Shown here piece after piece: positions 12,153 to 24,843 of a DNA stretch of 59,734 nucleotides (positions are counted from its first letter, which is position 1; each line of letters opens with the position of its first letter). The translations under genes were made by a program, and so were the position numbers. Below the pieces are notes generated by a model. It was given only the letters and a program-made list of their open reading frames with translations, had not been told where the DNA came from and did not search any database. This DNA comes from Octopus bimaculoides (lineage: Eukaryota), in NCBI RefSeq assembly GCF_001194135.2, contig NC_069001.1, positions 28,331,523 through 28,391,256 of the forward strand, written 5' to 3'.

Positions 12153-14150
12153 NNNNNNNNNNNNNNNNNNNNNNNNNNNNNNNNNNNNNNNNNNNNNNNN
12201 NNNNNNNNNNNNNNNNNNNNNNNNNNNNNNNNNNNNNNNNNNNNNNNNNNNNNNNNNNNNNNNNNNNNNNNNNNNNNNNNNNNNNNNNNNNNNNNNNNNN
12301 NNNNNNNNNNNNNNNNNNNNNNNNNNNNNNNNNNNNNNNNNNNNNNNNNNNNNNNNNNNNNNNNNNNNNNNNNNNNNNNNNNNNNNNNNNNNNNNNNNNN
12401 NNNNNNNNNNNNNNNNNNNNNNNNNNNNNNNNNNNNNNNNNNNNNNNNNNNNNNNNNNNNNNNNNNNNNNNNNNNNNNNNNNNNNNNNNNNNNNNNNNNN
12501 NNNNNNNNNNNNNNNNNNNNNNNNNNNNNNNNNNNNNNNNNNNNNNNNNNNNNNNNNNNNNNNNNNNNNNNNNNNNNNNNNNNNNNNNNNNNNNNNNNNN
12601 NNNNNNNNNNNNNNNNNNNNNNNNNNNNNNNNNNNNNNNNNNNNNNNNNNNNNNNNNNNNNNNNNNNNNNNNNNNNNNNNNNNNNNNNNNNNNNNNNNNN
12701 NNNNNNNNNNNNNNNNNNNNNNNNNNNNNNNNNNNNNNNNNNNNNNNNNNNNNNNNNNNNNNNNNNNNNNNNNNNNNNNNNNNNNNNNNNNNNNNNNNNN
12801 NNNNNNNNNNNNNNNNNNNNNNNNNNNNNNNNNNNNNNNNNNNNNNNNNNNNNNNNNNNNNNNNNNNNNNNNNNNNNNNNNNNNNNNNNNNNNNNNNNNN
12901 NNNNNNNNNNNNNNNNNNNNNNNNNNNNNNNNNNNNNNNNNNNNNNNNNNNNNNNNNNNNNNNNNNNNNNNNNNNNNNNNNNNNNNNNNNNNNNNNNNNN
13001 NNNNNNNNNNNNNNNNNNNNNNNNNNNNNNNNNNNNNNNNNNNNNNNNNNNNNNNNNNNNNNNNNNNNNNNNNNNNNNNNNNNNNNNNNNNNNNNNNNNN
13101 NNNNNNNNNNNNNNNNNNNNNNNNNNNAATTCAGGTCTTCCATTTTAGGCTCATTATCTATTTTGCTTGAAAGGACCAACACCTTTTCTTCATATAAAAA
13201 TATACTATTCGCATTCAAACTATGTTTTCCATTTAACAAATTAGTATTTTTTTTTTCTGATCTGAATCTATAAACTCCTCGTGGTTCTTGCTATTCACTC
13301 GTCCCTCTGAACGTGGTTTCTTTCTTTTTCCAAAATTTACATCTCTCTCTTTCATTTTTATTTTATTTTGGTAAGATAAATAATAAGTGGTTTTGTGAAT
13401 GTCATTTCCAATAAATGACACTGTCATTGAATGGCTACCTTAGGCACTGTAACCCTCCGCACCCATCTGCATGAAGAGAATCACTCACTATAGACTTAAT
13501 ACTTGTACACGAGTTAGTGCCGACGACGATTGTAATAAGTAGTCTTGATATCATATTATTGTTCTCCGGGCGGTAGCACTCAGATAACACTTAGTATGTT
13601 CTTGTCTTACTCAAGAGAATGATAAGGCGGAAAATTAGTTGATGAAAAGTGCTAAGTAATATTGATGATTAAGTCATTTTAAAACCTCTCTCCATATAAT
13701 TTTGCCTCCCTAATGTGGATAAAGTAAGTACCAGTAATATTTCAGACAATATTTTGTGGTGTATGATGTAAGAAATATATCTTCCAATCACATAAATAGC
13801 TGTTGATGAAATCGGATGTTTTTCTACCATTAATGGAATTAACCATAACGGGAGTTTTCTTATACTAGAATGATTTGGATGCTGCAAATAATAGCAAAAC
13901 ATGCATTAACATTTATCTTTGTCTTTTATCTACGTGAAAGAAATATTGCACAATGCATTCTTCAACGTACTTCGAATAGGATTGGATGGTCATGGAAGAA
14001 GTATTTTAACATGCGCATTGAAGGTGGACTTGGAAATTAACGACTTGGGAATGCTCCACAATGGGCAAAAAGGATTAAGAAGAAGAGGAAGAATACACAC
14101 ACACATATATATATATATTTTTATATATATATATATACATATATTTATAA

Positions 14151-14609
14151 TTTGAGTGGAAGCAATACGAGCGGAAAACTAATGGAACATGTCCGATTAT
14201 CCAGCAGAATATTCAATATATATGTACACTTATATATATCGGTAGGTCGATGGATTTCAAGCAAAGGTAAGGAAGCGACCGTAGCTCCTTTAAAAATCCT
14301 AAATATAGGACATCCACCTTTTTAACATCGTTTATAAACGACCTTAGAGAAAGAAGTGTAGAGTTCATATTGTGTTGGTCCATCTTAGCTCATGCCTCTC
14401 CATTTAGAAGTGGATCTACTAAATGTAGATTATGTGTCAGGGAGGCATACTTCATCTTGAAAAATTTTAATCATGCCATGTTGAATAAATTTACTGATGC
14501 AATTCTGGCTTGCACACATAAGATCAACTCGACGTTTTTGAGGAAGTTTAAAAATATAAATACAAATAAGAATTTGAGTATCAATAATGAAAAGGTAAAA
14601 CATAATTGA
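14151..14609 (+). mobile_element. Penelope-like element GIY-YIG endonuclease remnant (5'-truncated, one in-frame stop)
   Basis: A single frame from 14151 gives ...GTCPIIQQNIQYICTLIYIGRSMDFKQR*GSDRSSFKNPKYRTSTFLTSFINDLRERSVEFILCWSILAHASPFRSGSTKCRLCVREAYFILKNFNHAMLNKFTDAILACTHK. It contains YIG, FKxR, SF, WSI, CxLCxxE and LN...CxH motifs typical of Penelope endonucleases. TAA at 14268-14270. Confidence 0.88.
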
Positions 14610-15279
14610 AATAAGGATAAAAATAATAATTAAAATCTTAAATTTAAAATTTGTAATATAGAATTTAAAATATAATTGAAAATTATACTATAATTAATGA
14701 AGTAAATACTAGTAGATATTATATTATCTAGCAAGGATGTAATTGGTACGAATTGAACTAGGGATGGCTAGTTTTGGATAAGCATAGGAATATGATTAAA
14801 AATGGAAGAAAAATACCATAATGGACTGGTCTGAATGAGACTTTGCACAGGCCTTTAACTGGAATCATCCTATAATATAACTATTATATAAAGGTAATAA
14901 TGATAATGTTACAGATTTTTCGAATGTGAACGTGATTTGGATTTATTTGTTTATTTCTGTGTGGATTTTACCTTTATTCGTGGAAAGTGAGTTAAAGAAA
15001 GGTTACATTCTTCGTGAAACGTGAGTTACTGTTATTGTGTTGTTATTTTCAAGAACTGTTTTATTGCTTTGTTTCAAAGCTAATTGTTGTTAATTGCCCC
15101 GCGCGGGGGAATTAATATTGAATAGTTGTTAAAATGCCTATGTCTTATTATCGACGTTTTTGTATCTTATTACATATATATTTTGTACTTATTTTACATA
15201 TATACTTTTAGAAATGCCTATGTATTGCTAAATGTTTAAAAATATTTTTAGATATTTGAGGGCTTATAAAAATATATAA

Positions 15280-15440
15280 ATGCCTATATGCTTGTATGTT
15301 ATTAATACTTCTATTAAGTCGAGCTTTATGTCGCTTTATTAATGTCGAAGTAAGTGTGCATATATATTGAATATTCTGCTGGATATTAGGTTATGTTCCT
15401 CTAGTTTTCCGCTTGTATTGCCCCCATTCGAATTATAAAT
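15280..15440 (-). mobile_element. Inverted partial second copy of the Penelope-like segment
   Basis: The reverse complement gcaatacaagcggaaaactagaggaacataacctaatatccagcagaatattcaatatatatgcacactta aligns with + strand 14162-14232 gcaatacgagcggaaaactaatggaacatgtccgattatccagcagaatattcaatatatatgtacactta. Confidence 0.85.
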
Positions 15441-15634
15441 TGGAACTTAGCTCAATTTGAGCGCTTCGATTCTAGCCTGTATACGAGAATTGTTAATTAA
15501 TAACAATATCTTCAAAATAGTATAGTTTATATATATTTATATACATATATATTTATAAATATATATTATACATACATATGTATCTATAAATATATCATAT
15601 ATATGTGTGTATAAATACATACATACATACATAC

Positions 15635-15667
<33 letters not shown>

Positions 15668-15758
15668 AGAAAATTGGTATGTGAAAGTACGTGGTTCGAT
15701 GTATAAAAGATACACAAGAGTGAAAAGACTACAAAAGGCTTGTTACATGGTTAAAGTA

Positions 15759-16023
15759 TATATTTAAAATGTCAGAAAAATGTTATAAATTTTTTTGGTA
15801 TATAAACATGGTATTTTGGAGAAATAACCGGTTTCGCGTTGTCTTTTCAAATTTCTTTACTTCATGGTAACATGTCTTCGCTGCCGTGTGTAACGGGAGC
15901 GAAGACATGTTACCATGAAGTAGAGAAATTTGAAAAGACAACACGAAACCGGTTATTTCTCCAAATACCATGTTTATATACCAAACAAATTTTATAACAT
16001 TTTTCTGACATATTTTAAATATA
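15759..16023. repeat. Near-perfect palindrome, ~124-bp arms
   Basis: Arms 15759-15882 and 15898-16023 are reverse complements with about 3 substitutions and 2 small indels. The spacer contains an inner ccgt/acgg stem and a gtgta loop. Confidence 0.95.
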
Positions 16024-16256
16024 NNNNNNNNNNNNNNNNNNNNNNNNNNNNNNNNNNNNNNNNNNNNNNNNNNNNNNNNNNNNNNNNNNNNNNNNNNNNN
16101 NNNNNNNNNNNNNNNNNNNNNNNGCTCTCTCTCTCTCTCTCTCTCTCCCGCTCTCTGTAACATACACACACCAGCCCCAACTTCAAAAGAAATCGCGCTC
16201 TCTCTGTCTCTTTCGCATTTACGACGTCGTTTCTTTCTTTCCCGCCAACACTTTTA

Positions 16257-16350
16257 ACGGAAAAGGCCGATCTTTGGTAAAGATTGCCGAAGACAACTTT
16301 TTTTTACGGAAAAGGCCGTTCTTTGGTACTGGTATCGAAAGATCGCCGAA
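16257..16350 (+). repeat. 49-bp-period direct repeat (acggaaaaggccg.tctttggta...aagat.gccgaa)
   Basis: Units start at 16257 and 16306, in a GC-richer block immediately after the 100-N gap. Confidence 0.8.
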
Positions 16351-16802
16351 AAGACTTTTCTAAATAAAACCTCATGGGACGTATGATTCATCGACCAGTG
16401 AAATAAGTATGTTTAGGATGTCCTCAGTAATGGATGATGTGAGGCCAATATACAACTTTAAATCACAGCATATATTTTTATATATTGTTACGATTTTTGC
16501 ACGTGTCATAATCACCGAAAACGTACTATAAAAGTACATGCGAATAATTTTCAAAAATAACGCATAACTCCAATCTAAGTGTTGAGTACACTCTTGGTTA
16601 CTTCTTGATAATTTGTCATTCATCATGTTTTACATCTTCTGGTGTATTTGTGTAGTATTCTATCTGTCTAAATATGCATACTTACATATATGCTTACATA
16701 TATATACATACCTGTGTGTGTATCAATATACATACATATCCAAACATATATATATGCGTATAAATATACAAACGTACATATATACGTATACATATTTGTG
16801 TA

Positions 16803-16873
<71 letters not shown>

Positions 16874-16883
16874 AGAGAGAGAG

Positions 16884-16925
<42 letters not shown>

Positions 16926-17689
16926 CACACGCACACGCACATACACATATATATATGTATATATATATATCTAGAGAGAGACTATATATATACACACACA
17001 CACATATGCACATATGTATATAAATACAAATATAAAGTGTGCGAGTGAGAGACAGAAAGATAGACAGAGAGAGAAACCAAGTGCCGTGACATAAACCGTT
17101 AAATATTTTACCATATAAGCTTCGATATATTATTTTATTCATAGATTTATTATTTATCCATTTTATTTATTTTTTTTTTTGTGCTGAATATTTTTAGTCT
17201 TGTACTTAAAAGAAATCTGGAGGGAAGAACAAGATGGAAGGAATGAGATGGAAAAATAAATACATAAACACACGAGACACTGAAGAAAACTGTTCATAAA
17301 TTTCATATAAACAAAAAATCATAATATATAATATGTAAAAAAAAAAATCAAATCAAAATAATGCAACGAGCATTATATAATGCAAGGAACATGCAAAATA
17401 GGAAAAATAGCAAAGTGTATAAATATAAAAATATGATCTAACAATGAAGGCAAAAAATAATACATTGGGAAATTGTGAGATATTTAAAGTAGAGAAGTAG
17501 GAAAATAAACTGCATCTGGAAACAGAGGTAAAAAACGAAGCAGAACAGCTGAAATAAAATAGGAAAATTGAAAGTATTTGATGGATATAACTTAGGTCAT
17601 AAGTGTCTAACGTGAAAGTATGCAACCGATACTTTAAGTGAACATTAAAGTAGAAGAATAAGGTAAAAGCGTAAAAAGACAAAACAATT

Positions 17690-18260
17690 GTAATAAGATG
17701 TAGAGTAAAAAATATTAATAAATGCCATAACTAAAGCAGCAACAGCAACAGTGACGTCAAGACTATGAAGACTCAGTAACAACAACCACCACCACCACCA
17801 CTGCCACAACAACAAGAACAATATTATCAATAAAACCGACACCAACAACAATCACGATAAAAACTACAATAACATCATCAACAACGTAAAGTAGGAAAAT
17901 AATATAAAATATTAGTAACAACAACAGTAGTAATCCCTAAGGCCATTTCTGCAAATAATATTAGTAACGAATAGAAAATACACAGAGAATGTTCTTGATA
18001 TTATTAATATTGTTGTTGTTATCATTGACATCATCATCGTTACGATTATAATAATAATAATCATTATTATTATTATTGTTGTTGTTGTTGACATTATTAA
18101 TAATAATTATATCATTATTATTATTATCATTATGAATAGTATTGTTATTCATATCATTATGAATATTATTGTTATTCATATCATTATTACTATTATTTGA
18201 TTGTAGCAGTAGTATGATTAATAACAGAATGTTATGATGATAATACAATATTGAATTAGA
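17690..18260. repeat. Degenerate (CAA/AAT/CAT/ATT)n trinucleotide tract
   Basis: Directly visible. Confidence 0.85.
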
Positions 18261-18377
18261 ATATAAGAATATAACAAACACTTGAAACTATTTATATAAT
18301 ACAGCCGATATGTACATATATACATATATAAACTTATGCAAATTGGCACGATATATATATACGTATATACATATGCA

Positions 18378-18444
<67 letters not shown>

Positions 18445-18539
18445 CATATATATATATAAACATACATATATACAAATATATATATATTTTTACATACATA
18501 CATATACATACATGTATATATGTAGACAAACACACTCAC

Positions 18540-18690
18540 AAGTACGTCGCTCTTGTTTGGCATGGTGAAATACCATTAGAAATAAGAAATGAATAACTAC
18601 GATCTCTTATGTCATATACGAATTGTAAAACACTTCCCTTTATACCGCTGTTTGCACACGAATGCACAGACAGGAGCTCTCCATGTGGTT
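18540..18690 (-). CDS. Best candidate internal exon, 151 nt, phase 1 to 2 ([50 protein letters not shown])
   Basis: Acceptor tctttttgtcaattcttcttcag and donor TT|gtgagt are both near consensus. Exactly one frame is open. It is a unique-sequence island between microsatellites. No family recognised. Confidence 0.45.
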
Positions 18691-19702
18691 CTGAAGAAGA
18701 ATTGACAAAAAGATACACATATAATCATACACACATATAATCATACACACATATACTCACACACACGCACACGCACGCGCAAATATTTGTGTGTATATCT
18801 GAGTTCATATATATGCGTGTATGTATGTATGTATGTGTACATCCGCGCACACACATTATACACATATTTATAAAGCTATTTGTTTGAATATAAACGTGAA
18901 TCCGTCTATGTGTGTATGTATGGAATTTCAAGCACATATATCAGGATGACTGTCATTTACTGTTCCATAATGCTGTGATTTCTATGGTAACAACAAGACT
19001 AAGGGTGTTTTATTTTCTTCCGATATTACTGTTGATATATATNNNNNNNNNNNNNNNNNNNNNNNNNNNNNNNNNNNNNNNNNNNNNNNNNNNNNNNNNN
19101 NNNNNNNNNNNNNNNNNNNNNNNNNNNNNNNNNNNNNNNNNNNNNNNNNNNNNNNNNNNNNNNNNNNNNNNNNNNNNNNNNNNNNNNNNNNNNNNNNNNN
19201 NNNNNNNNNNNNNNNNNNNNNNNNNNNNNNNNNNNNNNNNNNNNNNNNNNNNNNNNNNNNNNNNNNNNNNNNNNNNNNNNNNNNNNNNNNNNNNNNNNNN
19301 NNNNNNNNNNNNNNNNNNNNNNNNNNNNNNNNNNNNNNNNNNNNNNNNNNNNNNNNNNNNNNNNNNNNNNNNNNNNNNNNNNNNNNNNNNNNNNNNNNNN
19401 NNNNNNNNNNNNNNNNNNNNNNNNNNNNNNNNNNNNNNNNNNNNNNNNNNNNNNNNNNNNNNNNNNNNNNNNNNNNNNNNNNNNNNNNNNNNNNNNNNNN
19501 NNNNNNNNNNNNNNNNNNNNNNNNNNNNNNNNNNNNNNNNNNNNNNNNNNNNNNNNNNNNNNNNNNNNNNNNNNNNNNNNNNNNNNNNNNNNNNNNNNNN
19601 NNNNNNNNNNNNNNNNNNNNNNNNNNNNNNNNNNNNNNNNNNNNNNNNNNNNNNNNNNNNNNNNNNNNNNNNNNNNNNNNNNNNNNNNNNNNNNNNNNNN
19701 NN

Positions 19703-19785
<83 letters not shown>

Positions 19786-20261
19786 GGGAGAATTTACTAA
19801 TACATATACATGTATGTAATTTCATCGATAGGAAAGATATGCACAGATATAGAGATAAAAGCGGATTTTTCCCCTTGATTTATGTGTATAGGATGTTAAA
19901 TGGAATTTTTATATTTTACGTACATCTTTTTTTTTCTTATACATATATTCCATTATCGAAAAGGAAGTTTTAAGTAGGTTTTAACACCGTTTTTCTTCCC
20001 ATTTTGAATTGAGTTCCCTGTCGCCAGGGTGTGAGAAATGAAAAATATATATACATTACAACCACAAAATATGCAAACACACTTTGCCACACATTATTGT
20101 TGTCATGTTTTTGACGTAATTATAAATTTTAAAGAGAATGTATCTCTCCAGTTCTGAATTCCCCATTAATTCGTTTGATCGCAGAATATTTTGCCGGTGT
20201 CGCAGGATTCTTATATTCATATATATATATATATAAGTAACGTAGGTTTCAAGTTTTCATA

Positions 20262-20443
20262 CAAGGCCAGCAATTTCGGGCAAGGTGCTTAGTCGATTAC
20301 ATTGATTCCAGTTTTCAACAGGTATTTATTTTAGCCACCTCGACAAGATGAAAAGCAAATTCGACACAATTCTAACACAGAACATAAAGAATACTGCTAA
20401 ACATTTTCCCCCGGCGTGCTACCGATTCTGGCAGCACGTCACC
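20262..20443 (-). mobile_element. SINE family B, diverged
   Basis: ttagtcgattacattgattccagt...gatgaaaagcaaattcgac...ctaaacattttcccccggcgtgctaccgattctggcagc aligns with 41030-41198. Confidence 0.8.
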
Positions 20444-20525
20444 GTATATATAACTGCAATATTGAGCAACGTTTCCCGACAGACGAATATGTTGCGAATA
20501 ATTGTATATCAACGTATACACGTAG

Positions 20526-20556
<31 letters not shown>

Positions 20557-21039
20557 ACACCCAAATATATAGAGATGTACATGTCTTTAATTGACGTAAT
20601 AAATGGCGATAGTTTCAGAATGACTTCATAAATGTTTGTGGGGAGCAATTGGGAAATTATTGTGAACATTGGCAAGCATGTATATTCACTTCCATTTGAA
20701 CTTTTGATAAGTCATTTCCGTGTTGTGGGGAACAATATGGGGGCAATATTATCTATTACAAATGTTATTGCTAGCTTCCCCTGAAGCGCCATAGTTGATA
20801 CATTCACTACCTTGTTTAATTATCAAATATATTTAACGCTCTAATTTTCTCCAACGTATACCATAGAAAAAAAGGAGTTAGATCGCATTTTCGTTAAATA
20901 AACTGAAGGAAATGTTTTCCTGTCCCCGTCAATAATAAATCCAACCGATATTTACGTTTCATACAGAGATGATGATGCGATAATCTCATGCAATATCAAT
21001 CATTGCATAATTAAATAAGTGTATTACTTTTAATATACA

Positions 21040-22390
21040 TATCCTATGAATATAATTTCAGAATCATTAGATGAAATAAGATGACAACAGTACACTAAGT
21101 TACTGATGAGGCTGTGTATGAACTCAGAAAAACGCTATCCCTCACAGAATGGAGAAAGTGACGGTCAAAATTGAATACCACTCACCAGATCATTGCAGAA
21201 TGTCCCAAAGGACTACTTAAGTTTCTGCAATTCATTGTACAAACTAAATCAAACCGCTAGCCTTATTAGCCTCCAGTTTCTGTTAAACTCCTATTTATCA
21301 TCTTCGAGCAACGCTATCCCCCATAGAACAGAACTTGTAATATATATTTTAACAACTACAGTTACGTATGTATTTTTAAAATAATGAAGGTCATATGTTT
21401 GACTCAGATGATTTGACTAGCTAGGAAGTAAAATTTTAAAGGTTTATTTCACTACCTTAATGAAACGTGAGCAAGTAGTGATCAAGGGACAGCAAAAAAG
21501 GAATACCATTTACAAGATCATAGTAGAATCTGCCGAAGGACTGCTTACGTTTCTTCAATCCATTTACCTAATAAACTAAACCGCTAACCTCATTTGGAAC
21601 TTCCGGTTTCTATTAAGGATCTACTTATCAACTTTGAGCAAGTACCATCAACTCTATAGCATAGATCAAGGCAAGCCTAAATCCTAGTGGCTTAGATATC
21701 GTCAATAGTCTTATCTCAGAGTTCAGTCGGAGACCAACATCTAGCCACAGTTATTACAGCAACTTTCATTCAACACAGGAATATGATAAATTAAACTAAT
21801 TTTATACTCTCTAATGAGATATTAGTGTGAACGAAGAGAACGGCGATATGTATTATCAGAGGAAATATATGCTACTCACTGCGAAGCGCTTCAAAATCAG
21901 ATAAAATAAGACATGAACAGAATTGTTTCTACGGACTGAGATAATTTAATCATTTACTTGCAATCAGCCTGTAATTAAAGGGATACCAGAATTTTGGTAA
22001 TAACCCGAATATTGTCGACAGTGTAACCTCATAAGTCATTACATCTCAATGCAACATGTGCTCATTTGGCAAATTCTAGATATTGCAAAAATGTTTCTCA
22101 GAAAGGATTCTGTACTTAATAGATAGCTTTCATTTGAAGTCCGATTAAACTACATGATATACATCGCTCGTCTCACTATCTATCTTCTGATACAAGGCAG
22201 TGATAAGCTGCTATGAATTAGCAAGGCGTTACGTGAAATTACTGGCAGGACCTTCTAGGAAATTGCTCCCGTTTCCTCGAGGTCGTACTTCACTAATGCA
22301 AGATCTATCTAAGCAGAAGAATCTCAGTAGTTTGTTAATTTTGATGTTCCCCAAACGACCACCTATGATAGAAAATTCTAAAAAGGGAGG
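21040..22390 (+). pseudogene. Decayed coding-like region with a diverged internal ~330-bp-period duplication
   Basis: 21165-21330 and 21495-21665 align at DNA and peptide level (KLNTTHQIIAECPKGLLKFLQ vs KRNTIYKIIVESAEGLLTFLQ; PVSVKLLFIIFEQ vs PVSIKDLLINFEQ). Many stops. Family unknown. Confidence 0.45.
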
Positions 22391-22482
22391 AAGTTAAACT
22401 CGCCGATTCCCGTTATAAAAGGGAGGTGTATAGGTAGGTAGGTAGATAGATAGATAGACAGACAGACTGAGACATAGATAGA

Positions 22483-22549
<67 letters not shown>

Positions 22550-24699
22550 GTGCGGAGAGAGAGGGAGTGAGAGACGGATATAGACAGATTGATAGATAGA
22601 TATATAGATAGGCATTGCATGTGGGTATGTATTTAAGTGTGCATCTGTAGATAAACGCAGTTCATTAATAGCTCACTTATTGAACTCGGCCTTTGTTCAT
22701 TTCGCATCACGTTTCGCAATGCAATTAACCAAATCAGAAACCTTCCTTGATGCAGGTTTAAATTATTGTCATCGCTCTAAAACTTCAACCCACAACCATT
22801 TGAACTTAATTTCTGCAACACCCTTTCCATTTACAATCTCCAGTTCGTACCTCCCAATCATCCGCCCTCGCATTCATCTCAAATCGCTCAACAACTCGTA
22901 CTTTCCCGCACTTTCGTATGAGACTAATTACAATTAAGAAAATCAGGCATTAATTAGCAAAGGAGGTACTTCACAACTAATCAAAAAATTCATTTCTATT
23001 TTAAAACATATTGTGATTATCCAGTAATTTTATGTCTTTCAATTCACACCTGATATGCTGAAAGGTGAAACCCCAACACGCGCTCGTGTCACTCCAGCGT
23101 CAGCCAAACCTAATATATTTATTTTATTAATTTCAGTCATTGGAGGCGGGGTTGGGACCGCTGCAATGCTGGGGCAACTGCCCTCATGGGGTTTTATTCT
23201 TTCTCTCTTTATTTATTGTCCATTGAATTATCCTCCGGTAATTACTTCAGTATTAGTTTCATCTTGTGGATCCCAATTAATCAGCTGTGATGAATGAGGG
23301 CTTTTTCATAATGTGTGTGTATGTATGTGTATAAGTGTGTGTATGCATTTGTGCGTATGTTCGAGTTTCATAAAGATGTTAGACAATCGTACACACCGGT
23401 GAACTTCACAGAATTGTTCAGTCGAATGAAAATAAACGCTATGAATTACATATGCTCAATACATCATACATATACACATATATTCACACGCACACACATA
23501 TAGCCACACATGCCTATATTTATACTTACTCACTTAAACACGCTTGTACCCACAGTCACAAGCATATATATACACATAAAATTGTATATCTTTGTGTGTG
23601 CAGTCATTCAGGCGCGTGGTTGTACACGCCTGCGTTTGTGCATGTTTAAAATCAATGATTGCAAATCTCGCATTAGCAATTGTTTAATTAAATAAACATA
23701 ATACATTGGGAGATTTTAATTACGACACTGCAAACAAATTATGAAACAAAATTAATTTAATATGCATAAATCCATGTTTATAATTTCACTATTTGAAGTG
23801 CATAAACATTTATTTTTAAAAGCTTTTCAATATGAGTTTATTAATCGGCTTTGATGTAAATAACGTAAGGACAGTCACTCCTATAAACTTCTATTTAGAT
23901 CTAGACGCTTTATTTTAATCACATTGAGAAAAATATATTTATGTCCACATTAATAATTATCGCTTGGCGCCATTTATATAATTCTTTAGTTGTACATTGT
24001 GATGAGGTCACCTCGGTTGTTAATCGATCTCCTAGGAAAAAAAAAAAATAAAAATTGAAAGCTACACTATTTTTAAAAGAAATAAATGGAGGTGGTTAGG
24101 ATAGTGTAGACGGTAGGGATAAGGTCTGAATATAAAGAGGTTAGGTGAAGTTATGTAGACTGGAGGATCGAGTAATCTACTGAGAACAATAGCGTACACG
24201 ATTTCAGGAGAAAGCGATGCTTTATCTCTCTTAGAAAAGTCCTTCCTTTCACGACGCAGGAGCTATCTTAGCTAAAAATTATTGTAAGCTCAGTCACTGC
24301 TTGTGTAGGGCTCTCTCTGCCTGTCTATCTGTCTGTCTTACTTACACACTCTCTCTCTCTCTCTTCTGTTTTCTCTGTCTTTCTCTCTCTTTCTCCTTTC
24401 TTTCTCTCTCTATCTCTCATACATGTTGTCTGTTTCTCTCTCTAATTCTTTCTCCCACCGCTCTGTTTTTCTTTCACTGCTTGTGTCTGTTTTCGTATCT
24501 ATCTCAATATCTGAATATTTCTCCCTTTCTTTCTTTTTTTTCTCTCTCTGTTTCTGACTATCTCTGCCTTTTTCTCTATCTCTCTCTCATACGCACACCA
24601 CATGGATGTTCCGCTGAGTCAATTTTGTGCAGGATTACTTGACAGCTAATTATAGGGTTTTTAAGGAGAGAAGTCTGGTCCATCACCTCTGGAACTTAA

Positions 24700-24843
24700 A
24701 TGGCATTTTATATTACAAATATGGAAGGGATGAAATGCAAAGCTGGCCTCACCAGGATTTGAAATCAAGCGTAAAACCAGAAGACTTTCCCTCATGAATT
24801 TTTTTGTCTGACGTTCTAAAGACTCTACCACGTCATCGCCTTA
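24700..24843 (-). mobile_element. SINE family B, highly diverged
   Basis: ggaagggatgaaatgcaaagctggcctcaccaggatttgaaatcaagcgtaaa parallels aaggatgaaaggcaaagtcgacctcggcggaattt at 41090-41125. Confidence 0.65.

Noticed and set aside
13950-14040. IGWSWKKYFNMRIEGGLG, reminiscent of the LINE RT C-terminal W...EGGLG motif
   Set aside because: A single short motif with no adjoining RT features.
14825-14865. ctgaatgag...caggcc as a possible hammerhead 3' of the Penelope ORF
   Set aside because: Extra base in the core and no GAAA downstream.
16257-16350. CRISPR-like or other spaced array
   Set aside because: Only two units, eukaryotic context and no cas genes. No repeat-spacer array anywhere in the window.
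21972-22000. IKGIPEFW, matching the NAP1/SET motif
   Set aside because: Followed by two stops, and neither flank resembles a NAP domain; treated as chance.
23137-23200. VIGGGVGTAA, Rossmann-like glycine motif after a good acceptor
   Set aside because: No convincing donor or further similarity; short Gly motifs are common in GC patches.
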